A stretch of 64,000 nt of DNA from a bacterium (lineage in GTDB: Bacteria > Oederibacteriota > PGYV01), in NCBI GenBank assembly GCA_029565735.1, contig JAKQNO010000138.1, forward strand, positions 18,195 to 82,194, given 5' to 3'. The position numbers were made by a program, and so were the translations under genes. This document shows, one piece after another, positions 46,646 to 57,546 of the stretch. Position 1 is the first letter of the stretch. Every line of letters starts with the position of its first letter. The notes under the pieces were generated by a model, which worked only from the letters and a program-made list of their open reading frames with translations, searched no databases and was not told where the DNA came from.

Positions 46646-47641
46646 TCAAGAACTGTAATCAAGGGTGTCGTTTTTAAGCCTGTTTTTTATTATCAGCATG
46701 TTTTCAGATGCCTGTTTGTGCGAATTAACCGCATAGCAGTATTCACAGCCGTGGCCGCAGGTATTATAAGCGCCAATATCCTTACTTTGCGCGCAAAGGC
46801 ATTCTTTCCTTTGATTCGGGTCTTTTAAATGCGAATAATCCATTTCATCCGGAAACAACACGCCATTGGCCCCGATATATGACATCAGTTCCGTATCGCC
46901 GCAGAACGTTTTAGCAATCATCGCCGGATCAATGCAGGAGCCGGGTTTGATTCCGCGGGATTCAAGGTCAAAATCAACAGCGCACGGCGAAAGCTGCAGT
47001 TTATATTTAACCGCTATTTTTTGCATTGACTTCAGGATCCTGTGCTTTTCCTGTTCCGAAAGCTCCCTAATTCCCTTTTTGGCGCCTTCTGTATTTCTTT
47101 TTACTTTCCTGTACTTATCAATATCAACAAAACTGAATATTAGTTTTTCGGTGTAAGGTGATATCTTTTCCGCAATACTCTCTATTTTACGTGCAAGCTT
47201 TTCCACGGTCATACCCGGCGCCATTAAAAGAGGGTCAAAACGCCAGCACACCCTGTTTTTACCGGTTCTTTTTGACAATCTGATAAATGTCTTAATCCTT
47301 TTTTGCAGTTCCGGCAGGCCGGTTTCCAGACCTTCTGCCTCGTAATCGTTTAAAGTAAAAAGAAAATAATAATTAATCCCTGTTTTATCAAGTTCATCCA
47401 GATGAATCATAAACGGTTCCGGATTCTTGGTCCAAAAGACAAAAAGCCGCGTATTATTAAATGATATATATTCCTTTTTCCCGTTAAACGGGTTAATTTT
47501 GCCGTAATAGCCCGCTTTTACCCGCTCCATAAACCAATCCCCAAAAAAGGCGGGAATATCAGTGGCCCTTGACGCCGATACAATTACCGGCGCCGCAGCT
47601 TCATGGAGTGTCCTTTTTATCTTTACAAATGTCTTTTCCAT
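46646..47641 (-). CDS. DUF1848-like protein with C-terminal Cys cluster
   Basis: N-terminal VIVSASRATDIPAFFGDWFMERVKAGY pattern. C-terminal CxxxC...CGHGCEYCYA. Confidence 0.4.
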   Translation of the reverse strand: MEKTFVKIKRTLHEAAAPVIVSASRATDIPAFFGDWFMERVKAGYYGKINPFNGKKEYISFNNTRLFVFWTKNPEPFMIHLDELDKTGINYYFLFTLNDYEAEGLETGLPELQKRIKTFIRLSKRTGKNRVCWRFDPLLMAPGMTVEKLARKIESIAEKISPYTEKLIFSFVDIDKYRKVKRNTEGAKKGIRELSEQEKHRILKSMQKIAVKYKLQLSPCAVDFDLESRGIKPGSCIDPAMIAKTFCGDTELMSYIGANGVLFPDEMDYSHLKDPNQRKECLCAQSKDIGAYNTCGHGCEYCYAVNSHKQASENMLIIKNRLKNDTLDYSS

Positions 47642-47671
47642 TTTTTCCCGTTATTCAGTTTTATTTATATA

Positions 47672-47705
47672 ACAAAAAAGGCGGGATGTTTTCACATCCC
47701 GCCTT
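47672..47705 (-). terminator. Rho-independent terminator after fba, ending the ribosomal superoperon
   Basis: Stem GGCGGGATGT/ACATCCCGCC (10 bp) followed by TTTTTTGTTAT on the minus strand. Confidence 0.55.
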
Positions 47706-47724
47706 TGTATTTAGCTGTAATTAA

Positions 47725-48657
47725 TTATGCTTTACCCGAACATCCAAGAACATTTTTAAGTTTGTTCTTTACAACCGCTTTAATGGCATCCCTTGCAGGG
47801 CCAAGATACTTTCTTGGGTCAAATTCTTCCGGAGTCTTTGCAAAAACTTCGCGGATTGACGCTGTCATTGCAAGCCTTAAGTCAGAATCAATATTTATCT
47901 TTGCAACGCCCATGCCGGCCGCTTTTCTTAAGAAATCTTCCGGAACGCCTTTGGCTCCCGGCATTTTTCCGCCGTACTGGTTGCATTTTTCAACAAGTTC
48001 CTGAGGGACAGATGATGCGCCGTGAAGGACAAGCGGATATCCGGCAGGAATAAGTTTCATTATCTGTTCAAGCCTTGCAAAATCAAGCTTTGCTTCGCCT
48101 TTAAACTTATAAGCGCCGTGGCTTGTGCCTATTGCGATTGCAAGAGAGTCAACGCCTGTCCTTTTGATAAATTCGGCGGCCTGTTCCGGATTTGTAAACT
48201 TCGCGTCCGCTTCAGATACGTTAACCGCGTCTTCAATGCCGGCAAGTTTGCCAAGTTCGGCTTCAACCACAACGCCTTTTGAATGCGCGTATTCAACAAC
48301 CTGCTTTGTAAGTTTGATGTTTTCTTCAAAGTCATATTTGGAACCGTCTATCATAACCGATGTAAATCCGCCGTCAACGCATGATTTGCATATTTCAAAA
48401 TCATCGCCGTGGTCAAGATGAAGCGCAATAGGAAGGCCTGAATCTTCTTCAGCCGCTTTTACAAGGTGGACAAGGTATCCCGGCCTTGCGTATTTTCTTG
48501 CGCCTGATGAAACCTGAAGAATTAAAGGCGCTTTTTCTTCTTTTGCCGCGTCCACAATACCCTGCACTATTTCCATGTCATTTACGTTAAACGCGCCAAC
48601 CGCATAACCTTCTTTATTGGCCCTTGCAAACATCTCTTTCGTTCCAACTATCGGCAT
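47725..48657 (-). CDS. fba: Fructose-bisphosphate aldolase class II
   Basis: MPIVGTKEMFARANKEGYAVGAFNVNDME. Zn ligands in context (LHLDHG, H...SHGAYK). Confidence 0.85.
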   Translation of the reverse strand: MPIVGTKEMFARANKEGYAVGAFNVNDMEIVQGIVDAAKEEKAPLILQVSSGARKYARPGYLVHLVKAAEEDSGLPIALHLDHGDDFEICKSCVDGGFTSVMIDGSKYDFEENIKLTKQVVEYAHSKGVVVEAELGKLAGIEDAVNVSEADAKFTNPEQAAEFIKRTGVDSLAIAIGTSHGAYKFKGEAKLDFARLEQIMKLIPAGYPLVLHGASSVPQELVEKCNQYGGKMPGAKGVPEDFLRKAAGMGVAKINIDSDLRLAMTASIREVFAKTPEEFDPRKYLGPARDAIKAVVKNKLKNVLGCSGKA

Positions 48658-48680
48658 AATAACCTCCGTTTAATGTATTG

Positions 48681-49193
48681 TTATTTCTTTGTTTCCGCTT
48701 TTTTGACTTCTTTCTTTTTCTCTTTCTTTTCCGGCTTTGCAGCTTCCGGTTTTTCTTTAACAGGTTTTTCTTTTTTTACCTTTGCCGGTTTCTTGCCTTT
48801 TTCCTCTGCAGGTTTTTCTTCTTTCTTGTAAAGTTTTTCCCTGTCAACCATTTCAATTATTGCAATTTCCGCGTTATCGCCTTTTCTGTTATAAAACTTA
48901 AGTATCCTTGTGTAACCGCCGTTGCGTTCCTTATAAAAAGGCCCGACTTCCGCAAAAAGTTTTTTAACCGCGGCTTCATCGGTAAGGAATGACGCCACCT
49001 GCCTTCTGTCGTGAATTGTGCCGCTTTTCGCCCTTGTAATCATCGGTTCAATATATATCTTTAACTGTTTCGCCCTCTGCGTTGTCGTTTCTATTCTTCC
49101 GTTCAGAATAAGCGCGCGGCAAAGGTTATTAAACATAGCCCTTCTGTGCGACGACGTCATATTGAACTGTTTTGCTTTCTTTCTGTGCCTCAT
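48681..49193 (-). CDS. rplQ: 50S ribosomal protein L17 with ~55-aa Lys/Glu/Pro-rich C-terminal extension
   Basis: RHRKKAKQFNMTSSHRRAMFNNL... L17 core. Tail KKEEKPAEEKGKKPAKVKKEKPVKEKPEAAKPEKKEKKKEVKKAETKK. Confidence 0.85.
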   Translation of the reverse strand: MRHRKKAKQFNMTSSHRRAMFNNLCRALILNGRIETTTQRAKQLKIYIEPMITRAKSGTIHDRRQVASFLTDEAAVKKLFAEVGPFYKERNGGYTRILKFYNRKGDNAEIAIIEMVDREKLYKKEEKPAEEKGKKPAKVKKEKPVKEKPEAAKPEKKEKKKEVKKAETKK

Positions 49194-49221
49194 ATTAATA
49201 CTCCTTTAGCGGTGTTTGTTT

Positions 49222-50211
49222 TTACTTCTTGCCTTTTTTAATTTCTTTTATCACTTCTTTGTCTATCTTCATGCCAAGCCCAAGGCCCATTTCGGTCAGG
49301 ACTTCTTTGATTTCGTTTAACGACTTTCTTCCGAAATTCCTGTACTTTAACATGTCAACTTCTGACTTTGTTACAAGGTCAATTATTGTCTTGATATTTG
49401 CGTTTTTAAGGCAGTTGGAAGAACGGACAGAAAGTTCAAGTTCATCAACAGTCTTGCCCATAAGGGACTTCTGTTTTTCTTTTTCTTCGTCCATTTTATC
49501 TTCTTTAATCTCTATTTCGCCTTCCTGCGTGATAAAGATATTCAGGTATTCCCTTAATATAAGGGCTGCCTGTGTAAGCGCGGTTTCCGGTGACACCCTT
49601 CCGTCCGTGCCTATTTCAAGGATAAGCTTGTCATAGTCGGTTATCTGGCCGACCCTTGTATTTTCAACTTCAAGTTTTACGTTTGTGACAGGGGTAAAAA
49701 TTGAATCTATCGGGATTGTTCCAAGAGCCATATCATCCCTTTTATTCTTTTCCGCGGTGACATAACCCCTTCCGCTGTCAACTTCCATCTCTATTGCAAG
49801 TTTTGCTTCCCTGCTTGTAAGGGTGGCAATGTGAAGCTGCGGATTAAGGATTTTAATGTCGCTGTCAGCCTTGATATCAGCGCCGGTTACTTCCCTTTCG
49901 CCTGAAGCTTCAAGATATATTTTCTTCGGCCCGTCCCCTTCAAGCACAAGTTTAAGCTGCTTTATGTTAAGGATTATTTCCGATACATCTTCCATTACTC
50001 CCTTTATGGTGGCAAATTCATGCTGAACGCCTTCAATTTTAACAGCGGTCACAGCGGCGCCGGGAATAGAAGACAGAAGTATCCTTCTTATCGCGTTTCC
50101 TATGGCAACAGCATAACCTCTTTCAAAAGGTTCCGAAACAAACCTTCCAAAATTATCCCTTAATTCTTCTTTTTCAAGCTTTTTTGGTTTCTGCAGATTT
50201 TTCCATTTCAT
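49222..50211 (-). CDS. rpoA: DNA-directed RNA polymerase alpha subunit
   Basis: NTD/CTD organisation. Conserved GYAVAIGNAIRRILLSSIPGAAVT. Confidence 0.9.
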   Translation of the reverse strand: MKWKNLQKPKKLEKEELRDNFGRFVSEPFERGYAVAIGNAIRRILLSSIPGAAVTAVKIEGVQHEFATIKGVMEDVSEIILNIKQLKLVLEGDGPKKIYLEASGEREVTGADIKADSDIKILNPQLHIATLTSREAKLAIEMEVDSGRGYVTAEKNKRDDMALGTIPIDSIFTPVTNVKLEVENTRVGQITDYDKLILEIGTDGRVSPETALTQAALILREYLNIFITQEGEIEIKEDKMDEEKEKQKSLMGKTVDELELSVRSSNCLKNANIKTIIDLVTKSEVDMLKYRNFGRKSLNEIKEVLTEMGLGLGMKIDKEVIKEIKKGKK

Positions 50212-50242
50212 CCGTTGTTAACCCCTTTCAATTATATTTTTA

Positions 50243-50875
50243 TTATTTGGAGTACAACTCGACTATAAGCTGTTCCTGAACCGGCAGAGTAATATCGGTC
50301 CTTGCAGGGTCATTTTTGATGACCGCTGTTTTTGATTCATGATTTGTTTCTATCCATGTCGGAACATTTCTTTTCTTAAGCGCGATGGCAAGCGAATTCT
50401 TTACCGCGTTAAGGTTGGATGCTTTTTCATCAAGGGTCAGTTTATCTCCGGCTTTAACCTGATAAGACGCAATGTCAACCCTTTTTCCGTTAACAAGCAC
50501 ATGGCCGTGATTTACAAGCTGCCTTGCTTCCCTTCTTGACTGGGTAAAACCCGCTTTATGCAGTGTGTTATCAAGCCTTTTTTCAAGAAGTTTCAAAAGA
50601 TTTTCACCGGTTTCTCCCTGGCGCCTGTTTGCTTCTTCAAAATATTTCCTGAACTGGCGTTCCAGAACTCCGTAAATCCTTTTTACCTTCTGTTTTTCCC
50701 TTAACTGCTTTCCGTATTCGGAAAGTTTCCTTCTCTGAGTATCATGATGCTGTCCGGGAATCTGAGGCCTTCTTGAAAAAGCGCACTTTTCAGTGAAACA
50801 TCTGTCGCCTTTAAGAAAAAGCTTCAGCCCTTCCCTTCTGCATTGCCTGCATAATGACTTTGTATACCTGGCCAA
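50243..50875 (-). CDS. rpsD: 30S ribosomal protein S4
   Basis: [16 protein letters not shown] Zn-type N-terminus. S4 domain. Confidence 0.9.
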   Translation of the reverse strand: MARYTKSLCRQCRREGLKLFLKGDRCFTEKCAFSRRPQIPGQHHDTQRRKLSEYGKQLREKQKVKRIYGVLERQFRKYFEEANRRQGETGENLLKLLEKRLDNTLHKAGFTQSRREARQLVNHGHVLVNGKRVDIASYQVKAGDKLTLDEKASNLNAVKNSLAIALKKRNVPTWIETNHESKTAVIKNDPARTDITLPVQEQLIVELYSK

Positions 50876-50901
50876 TTGACTGTCCTCCTTTTATTTAAGG
50901 G

Positions 50902-51276
50902 TTATACCCTTCTCTTTTTAGGCGGCCTGCACCCGTTGTGCGGGATAGGCGTAATGTCTTTAATTAATATTATTTCAAGCCCGACTGCCTGAAGCGACCT
51001 GATTGCAGGTTCCCTGCCTTCTCCCGGCCCTTTTACAAGCACTTCAACTTTTTTTACACCCGCGTCAAAAGCTTTTTTACCGGCTTTTTCGGCAGCAAGC
51101 TGCGCCGCAAAAGGCGTGCTCTTTCTTGAGCCCTTCATTCCGACGCTTCCGCCGCTTGCCCAGGAAATTGTATCCCCTTCTTTGGTGGATATGTTAATGA
51201 TTGTGTTGTTGAATGTAGAGTTGACATTTGCTATTGCCAGCTCCGGAATCGCACTTATCTTTTTTGATTTAGCCAA
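50902..51276 (-). CDS. rpsK: 30S ribosomal protein S11
   Basis: Conserved S11 pattern ([15 protein letters not shown]...). Confidence 0.9.
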   Translation of the reverse strand: MAKSKKISAIPELAIANVNSTFNNTIINISTKEGDTISWASGGSVGMKGSRKSTPFAAQLAAEKAGKKAFDAGVKKVEVLVKGPGEGREPAIRSLQAVGLEIILIKDITPIPHNGCRPPKKRRV

Positions 51277-51309
51277 AAATACTACCTCCTTTTAATTGAT
51301 TCTATATTA

Positions 51310-51687
51310 TTATTCGACTTTAACTTTCGCGCCGACTGTTTTTCTTGGTCCTTTTCTTGTCCTTGCGTTGCTTCTGGTCCTCTGGCCCCTTACAGGAAGG
51401 CCCTTGCGGTGCCTCATACCCCTGTAGCAGCCGATATCCATAAGCCTTTTGATATCCTGCGAAACTTCTTTTTTTAAGTCGCCTTCGGACTTTATGCCTT
51501 TTTTAAGCATAACTTCCTGAATCTTGTAGGCTTCATCCTCTGTAAGATTGAAAACCCTGGTATCGGGTTTCACATTGGCGTCTTCCAGTATCTGCTTTGA
51601 AAGGACATCGCCTATACCGTAAATGTATGTAAGCGCCACATCTATTCTTTTGTTTTTCGGTAAGTCTATTCCGGATATACGTGCCAA
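51310..51687 (-). CDS. rpsM: 30S ribosomal protein S13
   Basis: [26 protein letters not shown]. Confidence 0.9.
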   Translation of the reverse strand: MARISGIDLPKNKRIDVALTYIYGIGDVLSKQILEDANVKPDTRVFNLTEDEAYKIQEVMLKKGIKSEGDLKKEVSQDIKRLMDIGCYRGMRHRKGLPVRGQRTRSNARTRKGPRKTVGAKVKVE

Positions 51688-51699
51688 ATTAGTGCCTCC

Positions 51700-52049
<350 letters not shown>

Positions 52050-52063
52050 ATATACTCCTTATT

Positions 52064-52816
52064 TTATGAATGCCGGGTTAAAATTACCGGCCCGTTTTCT
52101 GTTACAGCCACCGTGTGTTCAAAATGAGCCGACACAGCGCCGTCCATCGTTACAACCGTCCATTCATCGTCCAGTGTCGCCACTTCATAACTTCCGGCAT
52201 TCACCATCGGTTCTATAGCCAGAACCATTCCGGGCTGAATTAAAGGCCCCTGTCCGGGCTTTCCAAAATTCGGAATCATTGGTTCTTCATGAACTTTTCT
52301 GCCAACGCCGTGCCCGCAAAGGTCCCTGACAACGGAAAAACCGTTGGCTTCAACGTATCTCTGAACTGCCGCGGAAATGTCAGATATACGGTTGCCCGGC
52401 TTTGCCATATCAATGCCTTTTAAAAGCGCTTCCTGCGTGACTTTTATAAGCTTCTGCGCCCTTCCGGAGATCTTTCCGACCGGAACAGTCAATGCCGCAT
52501 CCGAAAAAAAGCCTTCACGTTCAACCCCGAAATCCAGGCTGACAATATCGCCTTCTTTTAATTTTATCTTTGAAGAAGGTATTCCATGAACAACCTCTTC
52601 GTTTACGGAAACGCATACAGCCGCCGGATAACCCCTGTAGCCTAAAAACGCGGCTTTTACACCGCGGTCTTTGACCATTTTTCTTGCCAGACCGTCAATT
52701 TCTTCGGTGGTTATTCCCGGCTTTATCATCTCTTTCATCTTTATAAGAACTTCGCTTAATATTTCAGCGCTTTTTGCTATCAGCTCTATTTCTTTTTCGG
52801 ACTTTAAATCTATCAT
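52064..52816 (-). CDS. map: Methionine aminopeptidase type I
   Basis: Start moved to MIDLKSEKEIEL (the usual Map N-terminus). Metal ligands present (D, D, H, E, E pattern). Confidence 0.85.
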   Translation of the reverse strand: MIDLKSEKEIELIAKSAEILSEVLIKMKEMIKPGITTEEIDGLARKMVKDRGVKAAFLGYRGYPAAVCVSVNEEVVHGIPSSKIKLKEGDIVSLDFGVEREGFFSDAALTVPVGKISGRAQKLIKVTQEALLKGIDMAKPGNRISDISAAVQRYVEANGFSVVRDLCGHGVGRKVHEEPMIPNFGKPGQGPLIQPGMVLAIEPMVNAGSYEVATLDDEWTVVTMDGAVSAHFEHTVAVTENGPVILTRHS

Positions 52817-52817
52817 T

Positions 52818-53468
52818 TTACTTGCTTTCCAGCGCCGCCTTAATCTTTGCAACTATTTCATCAACGCTTCCGTTTGACGCGTTGACATCTTTCAGCACTT
52901 TTCTTGATTTATAGTAATCAATAAGAGGCGCAGTCTGTTTGTCATAAACAACCAGCCTGTTCTCTATTGTTTCGGGCTTATCATCGTTTCTCTGGAACAG
53001 TTCTCCGCCGCAGGCATCGCATACGCCGTCTTTCTTGGGCGGCATTGTGTTCACGTTAAAACCGGCTCCGCAGGCCTTGCACATTCTGCGGCCTGTAAGC
53101 CTTTTAAACAGTACATCCTTATCAACTATTATGTTTATTACGCCTTTAAGATTCAGCTTGTTTTTCACAAACAATTCCCCAAGAGCGTCAGCCTGGGCCA
53201 CAGTCCTTGGAAAACCGTCAAGCAAAAATCCGTTTTTGCAGTCGTTCTCTTTTATTCTTTCTTCAACTATACCTATTATTACTTCATCAGGCACAAGCGC
53301 GCCTTTATCCATATATTCTTTTGCCTTAATCCCAATAGGCGTTCCGGCCTTAACTGACGCCCTTAAAATATCGCCGGTTGAAATCTGGGGTATTTTATAA
53401 ATGTCAATTAACTTCTGTGAATAAGTTCCTTTTCCAGCTCCGGGTGGTCCTAAAAGAATGAATATCAT
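52818..53468 (-). CDS. adk: Adenylate kinase with Zn-binding LID (CxxC...CxxC)
   Basis: P-loop GPPGAGKGT. LID CKACGAGF...CDACGGEL. Confidence 0.9.
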   Translation of the reverse strand: MIFILLGPPGAGKGTYSQKLIDIYKIPQISTGDILRASVKAGTPIGIKAKEYMDKGALVPDEVIIGIVEERIKENDCKNGFLLDGFPRTVAQADALGELFVKNKLNLKGVINIIVDKDVLFKRLTGRRMCKACGAGFNVNTMPPKKDGVCDACGGELFQRNDDKPETIENRLVVYDKQTAPLIDYYKSRKVLKDVNASNGSVDEIVAKIKAALESK

Positions 53469-53484
53469 TTTTTCCTCCGGTTAT

Positions 53485-54816
53485 TTAGCCTCTGCGGCCT
53501 CTTATTTTTCCAGTCTTCATAAACCCGTCATAGTGCCTCATTAAAAGGTGCGATTCTATCTGAGAAACCGTGTCAAGGGCGACACCTACAATAATAAGTA
53601 TTGTGGTTCCGCCGAAATAAAAACCGATATCAAACACCCTTCCGAACATATCCGGTATCACGGCTATAAGGACAATCATCAATGCCCCGCCCAGCGTGAT
53701 ATGAGTCAGGATATCATTTATATAATCAGCTGTGGGTTTGCCGGGCCTTATACCCGGTACAAATCCGCCGTTCTTTTTCATATTTTCCGCAAGGTCATTC
53801 GGATTAAAAGATATTGCCGTATAAAAATAGCAGAAAAATATTATTAACGCTATGTAGAACAGCAGATAAACCGGAGCGCCCGGAGCAAGCCATGCCTGTA
53901 TTCCGTTTAAAATTGCCGCCGTTACGCCTGTCTGTCCCGGCCTTTCAAAAAACTTTGCTATCATTGCCGGAAGAATCATAACCGACGAGGCAAAGATAAC
54001 GGCTATAACGCCCGAATAATCAACCTTAAGCGGAAGATTTGTGCTCTGCCCCCTGTATATCTTTCTGCCGACAATCCTCTGCGCGTATTGAACAGGTATT
54101 TTCCTGAACGACTGCTGCGACACAACCGCAAGCGCCGTAAGCGCCAGCATTATTACAACGAAGGACAATATCTGGAAAAGATTAATGGAACCCGCTTTCC
54201 AAAGGCTGGCCATGGATAAAAACTGCCCCGGTATGCTTGCAAGGATACCCGCAAGGATAAGGATTGACATACCGTTTCCTATTCCGTGTTCCGTCATCTG
54301 TTCGCCAAGCCACATAAGAAAAATCGTTCCCGTTGTAAGCGTAAGGACCGTCGTTATCTGAAAGAATAATGAAAAATGAGGTACAAGCTGCATTCCGCCG
54401 ATTGCCACGGATTTCAGCCAAAAAGTTATACCGAATGACTGAACCGCGCAGATTGCCACGGTTAAGTACCTTGTATACTGCGTTATCTTTTTTCTGCCCG
54501 CGTCGCCTTCTTTTGAAAGCGCTTCAAGGGCGGGTATTACCGCGGTTAAAAGCTGAAGAATGATGGATGCCGAAATATAAGGCATAATCCCAAGGGCAAA
54601 AATGGTAAAGTTTCTTAATGCGCCGCCCGAAAACATATCAAGAAATCCAAGAAGCCCGCCTGACTGCGAACTGATAAGGCTGTTCATAACATGCGTATCA
54701 ATGCCCGGCGTGGGAATGTGAGTCCCAAGCCTGAAAACAAAAAGCATCCCAAGCACAAATAAAAGCCTTTTCTTAAGCTCCGGTATCCTGAATATATTTA
54801 CGAGTGAATTATTCAT
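53485..54816 (-). CDS. secY: Preprotein translocase subunit SecY
   Basis: 10-TM SecY with conserved segments. Position between rplO and adk. Confidence 0.9.
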   Translation of the reverse strand: MNNSLVNIFRIPELKKRLLFVLGMLFVFRLGTHIPTPGIDTHVMNSLISSQSGGLLGFLDMFSGGALRNFTIFALGIMPYISASIILQLLTAVIPALEALSKEGDAGRKKITQYTRYLTVAICAVQSFGITFWLKSVAIGGMQLVPHFSLFFQITTVLTLTTGTIFLMWLGEQMTEHGIGNGMSILILAGILASIPGQFLSMASLWKAGSINLFQILSFVVIMLALTALAVVSQQSFRKIPVQYAQRIVGRKIYRGQSTNLPLKVDYSGVIAVIFASSVMILPAMIAKFFERPGQTGVTAAILNGIQAWLAPGAPVYLLFYIALIIFFCYFYTAISFNPNDLAENMKKNGGFVPGIRPGKPTADYINDILTHITLGGALMIVLIAVIPDMFGRVFDIGFYFGGTTILIIVGVALDTVSQIESHLLMRHYDGFMKTGKIRGRRG

Positions 54817-55256
54817 TATGCAATTACCTCTCCGCCGGCTTTTTTAATCTTTTCTTCAGCCGTTTTTGAAAGTTTGTTCACTTTCACGTTAAGAGCTTTT
54901 GTTATCTCGCCGTCTCCAAGGACTTTAACAAGTGAATCTTTGCTGTTAATGCACCTTTTGGCGTAAAGCGAAGCCGCGTCAACTGTCGCGCCCGCTTCAA
55001 ATTTTTTGTCAAGGGTTGATACGTTTACTATTTCATACTCTGTCGGGAAAGGATTGTTAAATCCGGACTTTGGTATTCTCTGCGTAAGCCTCTGCTGTCC
55101 GCCTTCAAACCACGGAGCTTTTGCGCCGCCGCTTCTTGCCCTCTGTCCCTTTGCGCCGTACGCGGCTGTTTTGCCCATTCCGCTTCCGGTTCCGCGCCCT
55201 ATCCTTGTCTTCTTTTTCCTTTTGCTTTTGGTTATCTTTAAATCGCTGAATTTCAT
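54816..55256 (-). CDS. rplO: 50S ribosomal protein L15
   Basis: Gly/Arg-rich N-terminus RIGRGTGSGMGKTAAYGAKGQRARSG. Confidence 0.9.
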   Translation of the reverse strand: MKFSDLKITKSKRKKKTRIGRGTGSGMGKTAAYGAKGQRARSGGAKAPWFEGGQQRLTQRIPKSGFNNPFPTEYEIVNVSTLDKKFEAGATVDAASLYAKRCINSKDSLVKVLGDGEITKALNVKVNKLSKTAEEKIKKAGGEVIA

Positions 55257-55269
55257 GTTTTATCCTCCG

Positions 55270-55449
55270 TTATTTCTCTTCAACGCTTAAGAGGTATGCA
55301 ACTTTTTTAATCATACCTTCAATCGCCGGTGTCTTTTCATATTCCTTGGTGTCGCCAACTTTTCTTAAGCCCATAACCCTTACTATTTCCCTGTTCTTAT
55401 TGTTCTTTCCGGCAAGGCCTTTTTTAAGAGTAACTTTTATCTTTGCCAT
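55270..55449 (-). CDS. rpmD: 50S ribosomal protein L30 (not in ORF track)
   Basis: Manual translation gives MAKIKVTLKKGLAGKNNKNREIVRVMGLRKVGDTKEYEKTPAIEGMIKKVAYLLSVEEK. Confidence 0.85.
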   Translation of the reverse strand: MAKIKVTLKKGLAGKNNKNREIVRVMGLRKVGDTKEYEKTPAIEGMIKKVAYLLSVEEK

Positions 55450-55450
55450 G

Positions 55451-55939
55451 TTATTTGCCCTTCCTTAACGCAATGATTTTTTCAGGATCACAAAGCATAT
55501 CAATCGCTTTAAATGTGGCGTATACCACGTTGAAAGGATTGGTGGTCCTGCCGACGCACTTTGAAATAATGTCGTGAACTCCGGCGGATTCCACAATGGC
55601 GCGCACCGCGGAGCCCGCGATAACGCCTGTACCGGCGCATGCCGGCTTTAAAAGCACTTTTGCCGCGTCTGATTCGGCTGTAACTTCAAAAGGTATTGTT
55701 GTGCCTTTCAAAGGAAGCAGTACAAGGTTCTTTTTTGCCCTGTTAACCGCTTTTTTGATGGCTTCCGGCACTTCTCTTGCTTTTCCAAGGCCGTAACCCA
55801 CATATCCGTGGCCGTCGCCGACTACCACCAGGCAGCTGAATTTAAACCTTTTGCCGCCTTTTACAACTTTAGCAACTCTGTTTATGGCAATTATTCTTTC
55901 CTTTAAATCCAACTTTGTCGAATCAATCCTTACTCTCAA
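55451..55939 (-). CDS. rpsE: 30S ribosomal protein S5
   Basis: S5 dsRBD plus C-domain pattern. Confidence 0.9.
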   Translation of the reverse strand: MRVRIDSTKLDLKERIIAINRVAKVVKGGKRFKFSCLVVVGDGHGYVGYGLGKAREVPEAIKKAVNRAKKNLVLLPLKGTTIPFEVTAESDAAKVLLKPACAGTGVIAGSAVRAIVESAGVHDIISKCVGRTTNPFNVVYATFKAIDMLCDPEKIIALRKGK

Positions 55940-55960
55940 AACGGCCTCCCGTAATCTAAA

Positions 55961-56329
55961 TTAGAATTTAACTCCGCCTTCGCGAACCGCGTCAGCAAAA
56001 GCCTTTACAACTCCATGAAACTGAAAACCGCCTCTGTCAAATACCACAGTTTCCACCTTGCTTGCCTTGCACTTTTCGGCAATAGCTTTTCCAAGTTTAA
56101 CAGCGGACTCTTTGTTCTTGCCTTTGATTTCCGCGTTTTTGGTGTTTGTCGCCATGCCAAAAAGGCTTTTCTGCGCCTCGTCATCAATAACCTGCGCGTA
56201 AAGGGAGTTTGCTCCCCTGTAAAAAGCAAGCCTTGGCCTTTCCTGTGTGCCTGTTACTTTTTTTCTTCCGCGTTCGTGCCTTAAAATTCTTTTGGCTGTT
56301 GGTGCAGCTGTTCTTTTTGTTATCTTCAT
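55961..56329 (-). CDS. rplR: 50S ribosomal protein L18
   Basis: Conserved L18 pattern. Position between rplF and rpsE. Confidence 0.9.
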   Translation of the reverse strand: MKITKRTAAPTAKRILRHERGRKKVTGTQERPRLAFYRGANSLYAQVIDDEAQKSLFGMATNTKNAEIKGKNKESAVKLGKAIAEKCKASKVETVVFDRGGFQFHGVVKAFADAVREGGVKF

Positions 56330-56368
56330 ATTAGCCTTTATCCTCCGGCATTTCTTTTATTTTTACCG

Positions 56369-56932
56369 TTATTTGCCTTTTGCTCCTGCCGCGCTCTTTC
56401 CGGCTTTTCTTCTTACACGTTCATCCTCATACATTATTCCCTTGCCCTGATAAGGTTCAGGCGGCTTTACTTTTCTTAATTTTGCCGCTGTCTCGCCTAC
56501 CAGCTGCTTGTCTATGCCTGTTACGGTTATTTTTGTCTGGTTTTCCGTTACTTCCGCTTTAACACCGGCAGGTATGTCAAAAACCACCGGATGCGAAAAA
56601 CCCATAGCCATTGTAATTTTTGTACCCTGCATCTGAGCCCTGTATCCGACGCCTTTTAAAAGAAGCACTTTTACATAACCATCGGCAACGCCCTTTACCT
56701 TATTCGCGATTACAGCCCTTTCAGTTCCAAACTGTGCTTTTGACGCTTTGTCTTTTTCTACGTTAGTCCTGGGAACAACAACCACTTCGTTGTTTTCAAC
56801 TTTATACTCGAACTTGTTATTTATAACATGTTCGGCTTTTCCCTTGGGCCCCTCAATCTTTAAAAGACTGCCGCTGTTTGTAACTTTAACGCCTGAAGGT
56901 ATTGCAACAGGCTGCTTTCCAATTCTTGACAT
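56369..56932 (-). CDS. rplF: 50S ribosomal protein L6
   Basis: MSRIGKQPVAIPSGVKV. Confidence 0.9.
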   Translation of the reverse strand: MSRIGKQPVAIPSGVKVTNSGSLLKIEGPKGKAEHVINNKFEYKVENNEVVVVPRTNVEKDKASKAQFGTERAVIANKVKGVADGYVKVLLLKGVGYRAQMQGTKITMAMGFSHPVVFDIPAGVKAEVTENQTKITVTGIDKQLVGETAAKLRKVKPPEPYQGKGIMYEDERVRRKAGKSAAGAKGK

Positions 56933-56946
56933 AGTTTATTTCTCCT

Positions 56947-57336
56947 TTACCATATTTCGCAGATTATTTCGCCGCCAATGTTAAGCTCTCTTGCTTTCTG
57001 GCTTGTCATTATTCCCTTGGAAGTTGATACCACAAGCACTCCAAGTCCGCTTTTAATTTTAGGCATTTTGTCCTTGCCCATATAAACACGCCTTGAAGGT
57101 TTGCTTACCCTTTTAAGCGAGTTAATAAGCTTTTCTTTGTTGACACCGTACTTCATGTATACCCTTACGATGCCCTGCTTATTGTCTTCTATATACCTGT
57201 AGCCTTTTATAAAGCCCTCGTCCTTTAAAAGCTTTACAATATTCTGTTTCAGTTTCGAAGAAGGAACATCAACATAATCTTTCATTTTCATGTTGGCATT
57301 CCTAATTCTTGTAAGCATATCGCCGATAGAATCCAT
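56947..57336 (-). CDS. rpsH: 30S ribosomal protein S8
   Basis: DSIGDMLTRIRNA. Confidence 0.9.
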   Translation of the reverse strand: MDSIGDMLTRIRNANMKMKDYVDVPSSKLKQNIVKLLKDEGFIKGYRYIEDNKQGIVRVYMKYGVNKEKLINSLKRVSKPSRRVYMGKDKMPKIKSGLGVLVVSTSKGIMTSQKARELNIGGEIICEIW

Positions 57337-57346
57337 TGTTCCTCCT

Positions 57347-57532
57347 TTACCAGCTTGACTTTTTTATTCCGGGTATCTCGCCTTTATAGGAGAGTTCCCT
57401 GAAGCATAACCTGCATATTCCGAACTTTCTCATATATGCCCTGGGCCTTCCGCATATCTGACAGCGGTTGTAAGCCCTTGATTTAAACTTTGGTTTCTTG
57501 TTTGATTTATTTACAATTGCCTTGGTAGCCAC
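57347..57532 (-). CDS. rpsZ: 30S ribosomal protein S14 type Z (zinc-binding)
   Basis: 61 aa carrying [20 protein letters not shown]. Confidence 0.9.
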   Translation of the reverse strand: MATKAIVNKSNKKPKFKSRAYNRCQICGRPRAYMRKFGICRLCFRELSYKGEIPGIKKSSW

Positions 57533-57546
57533 CTAATAAGTCCTCC

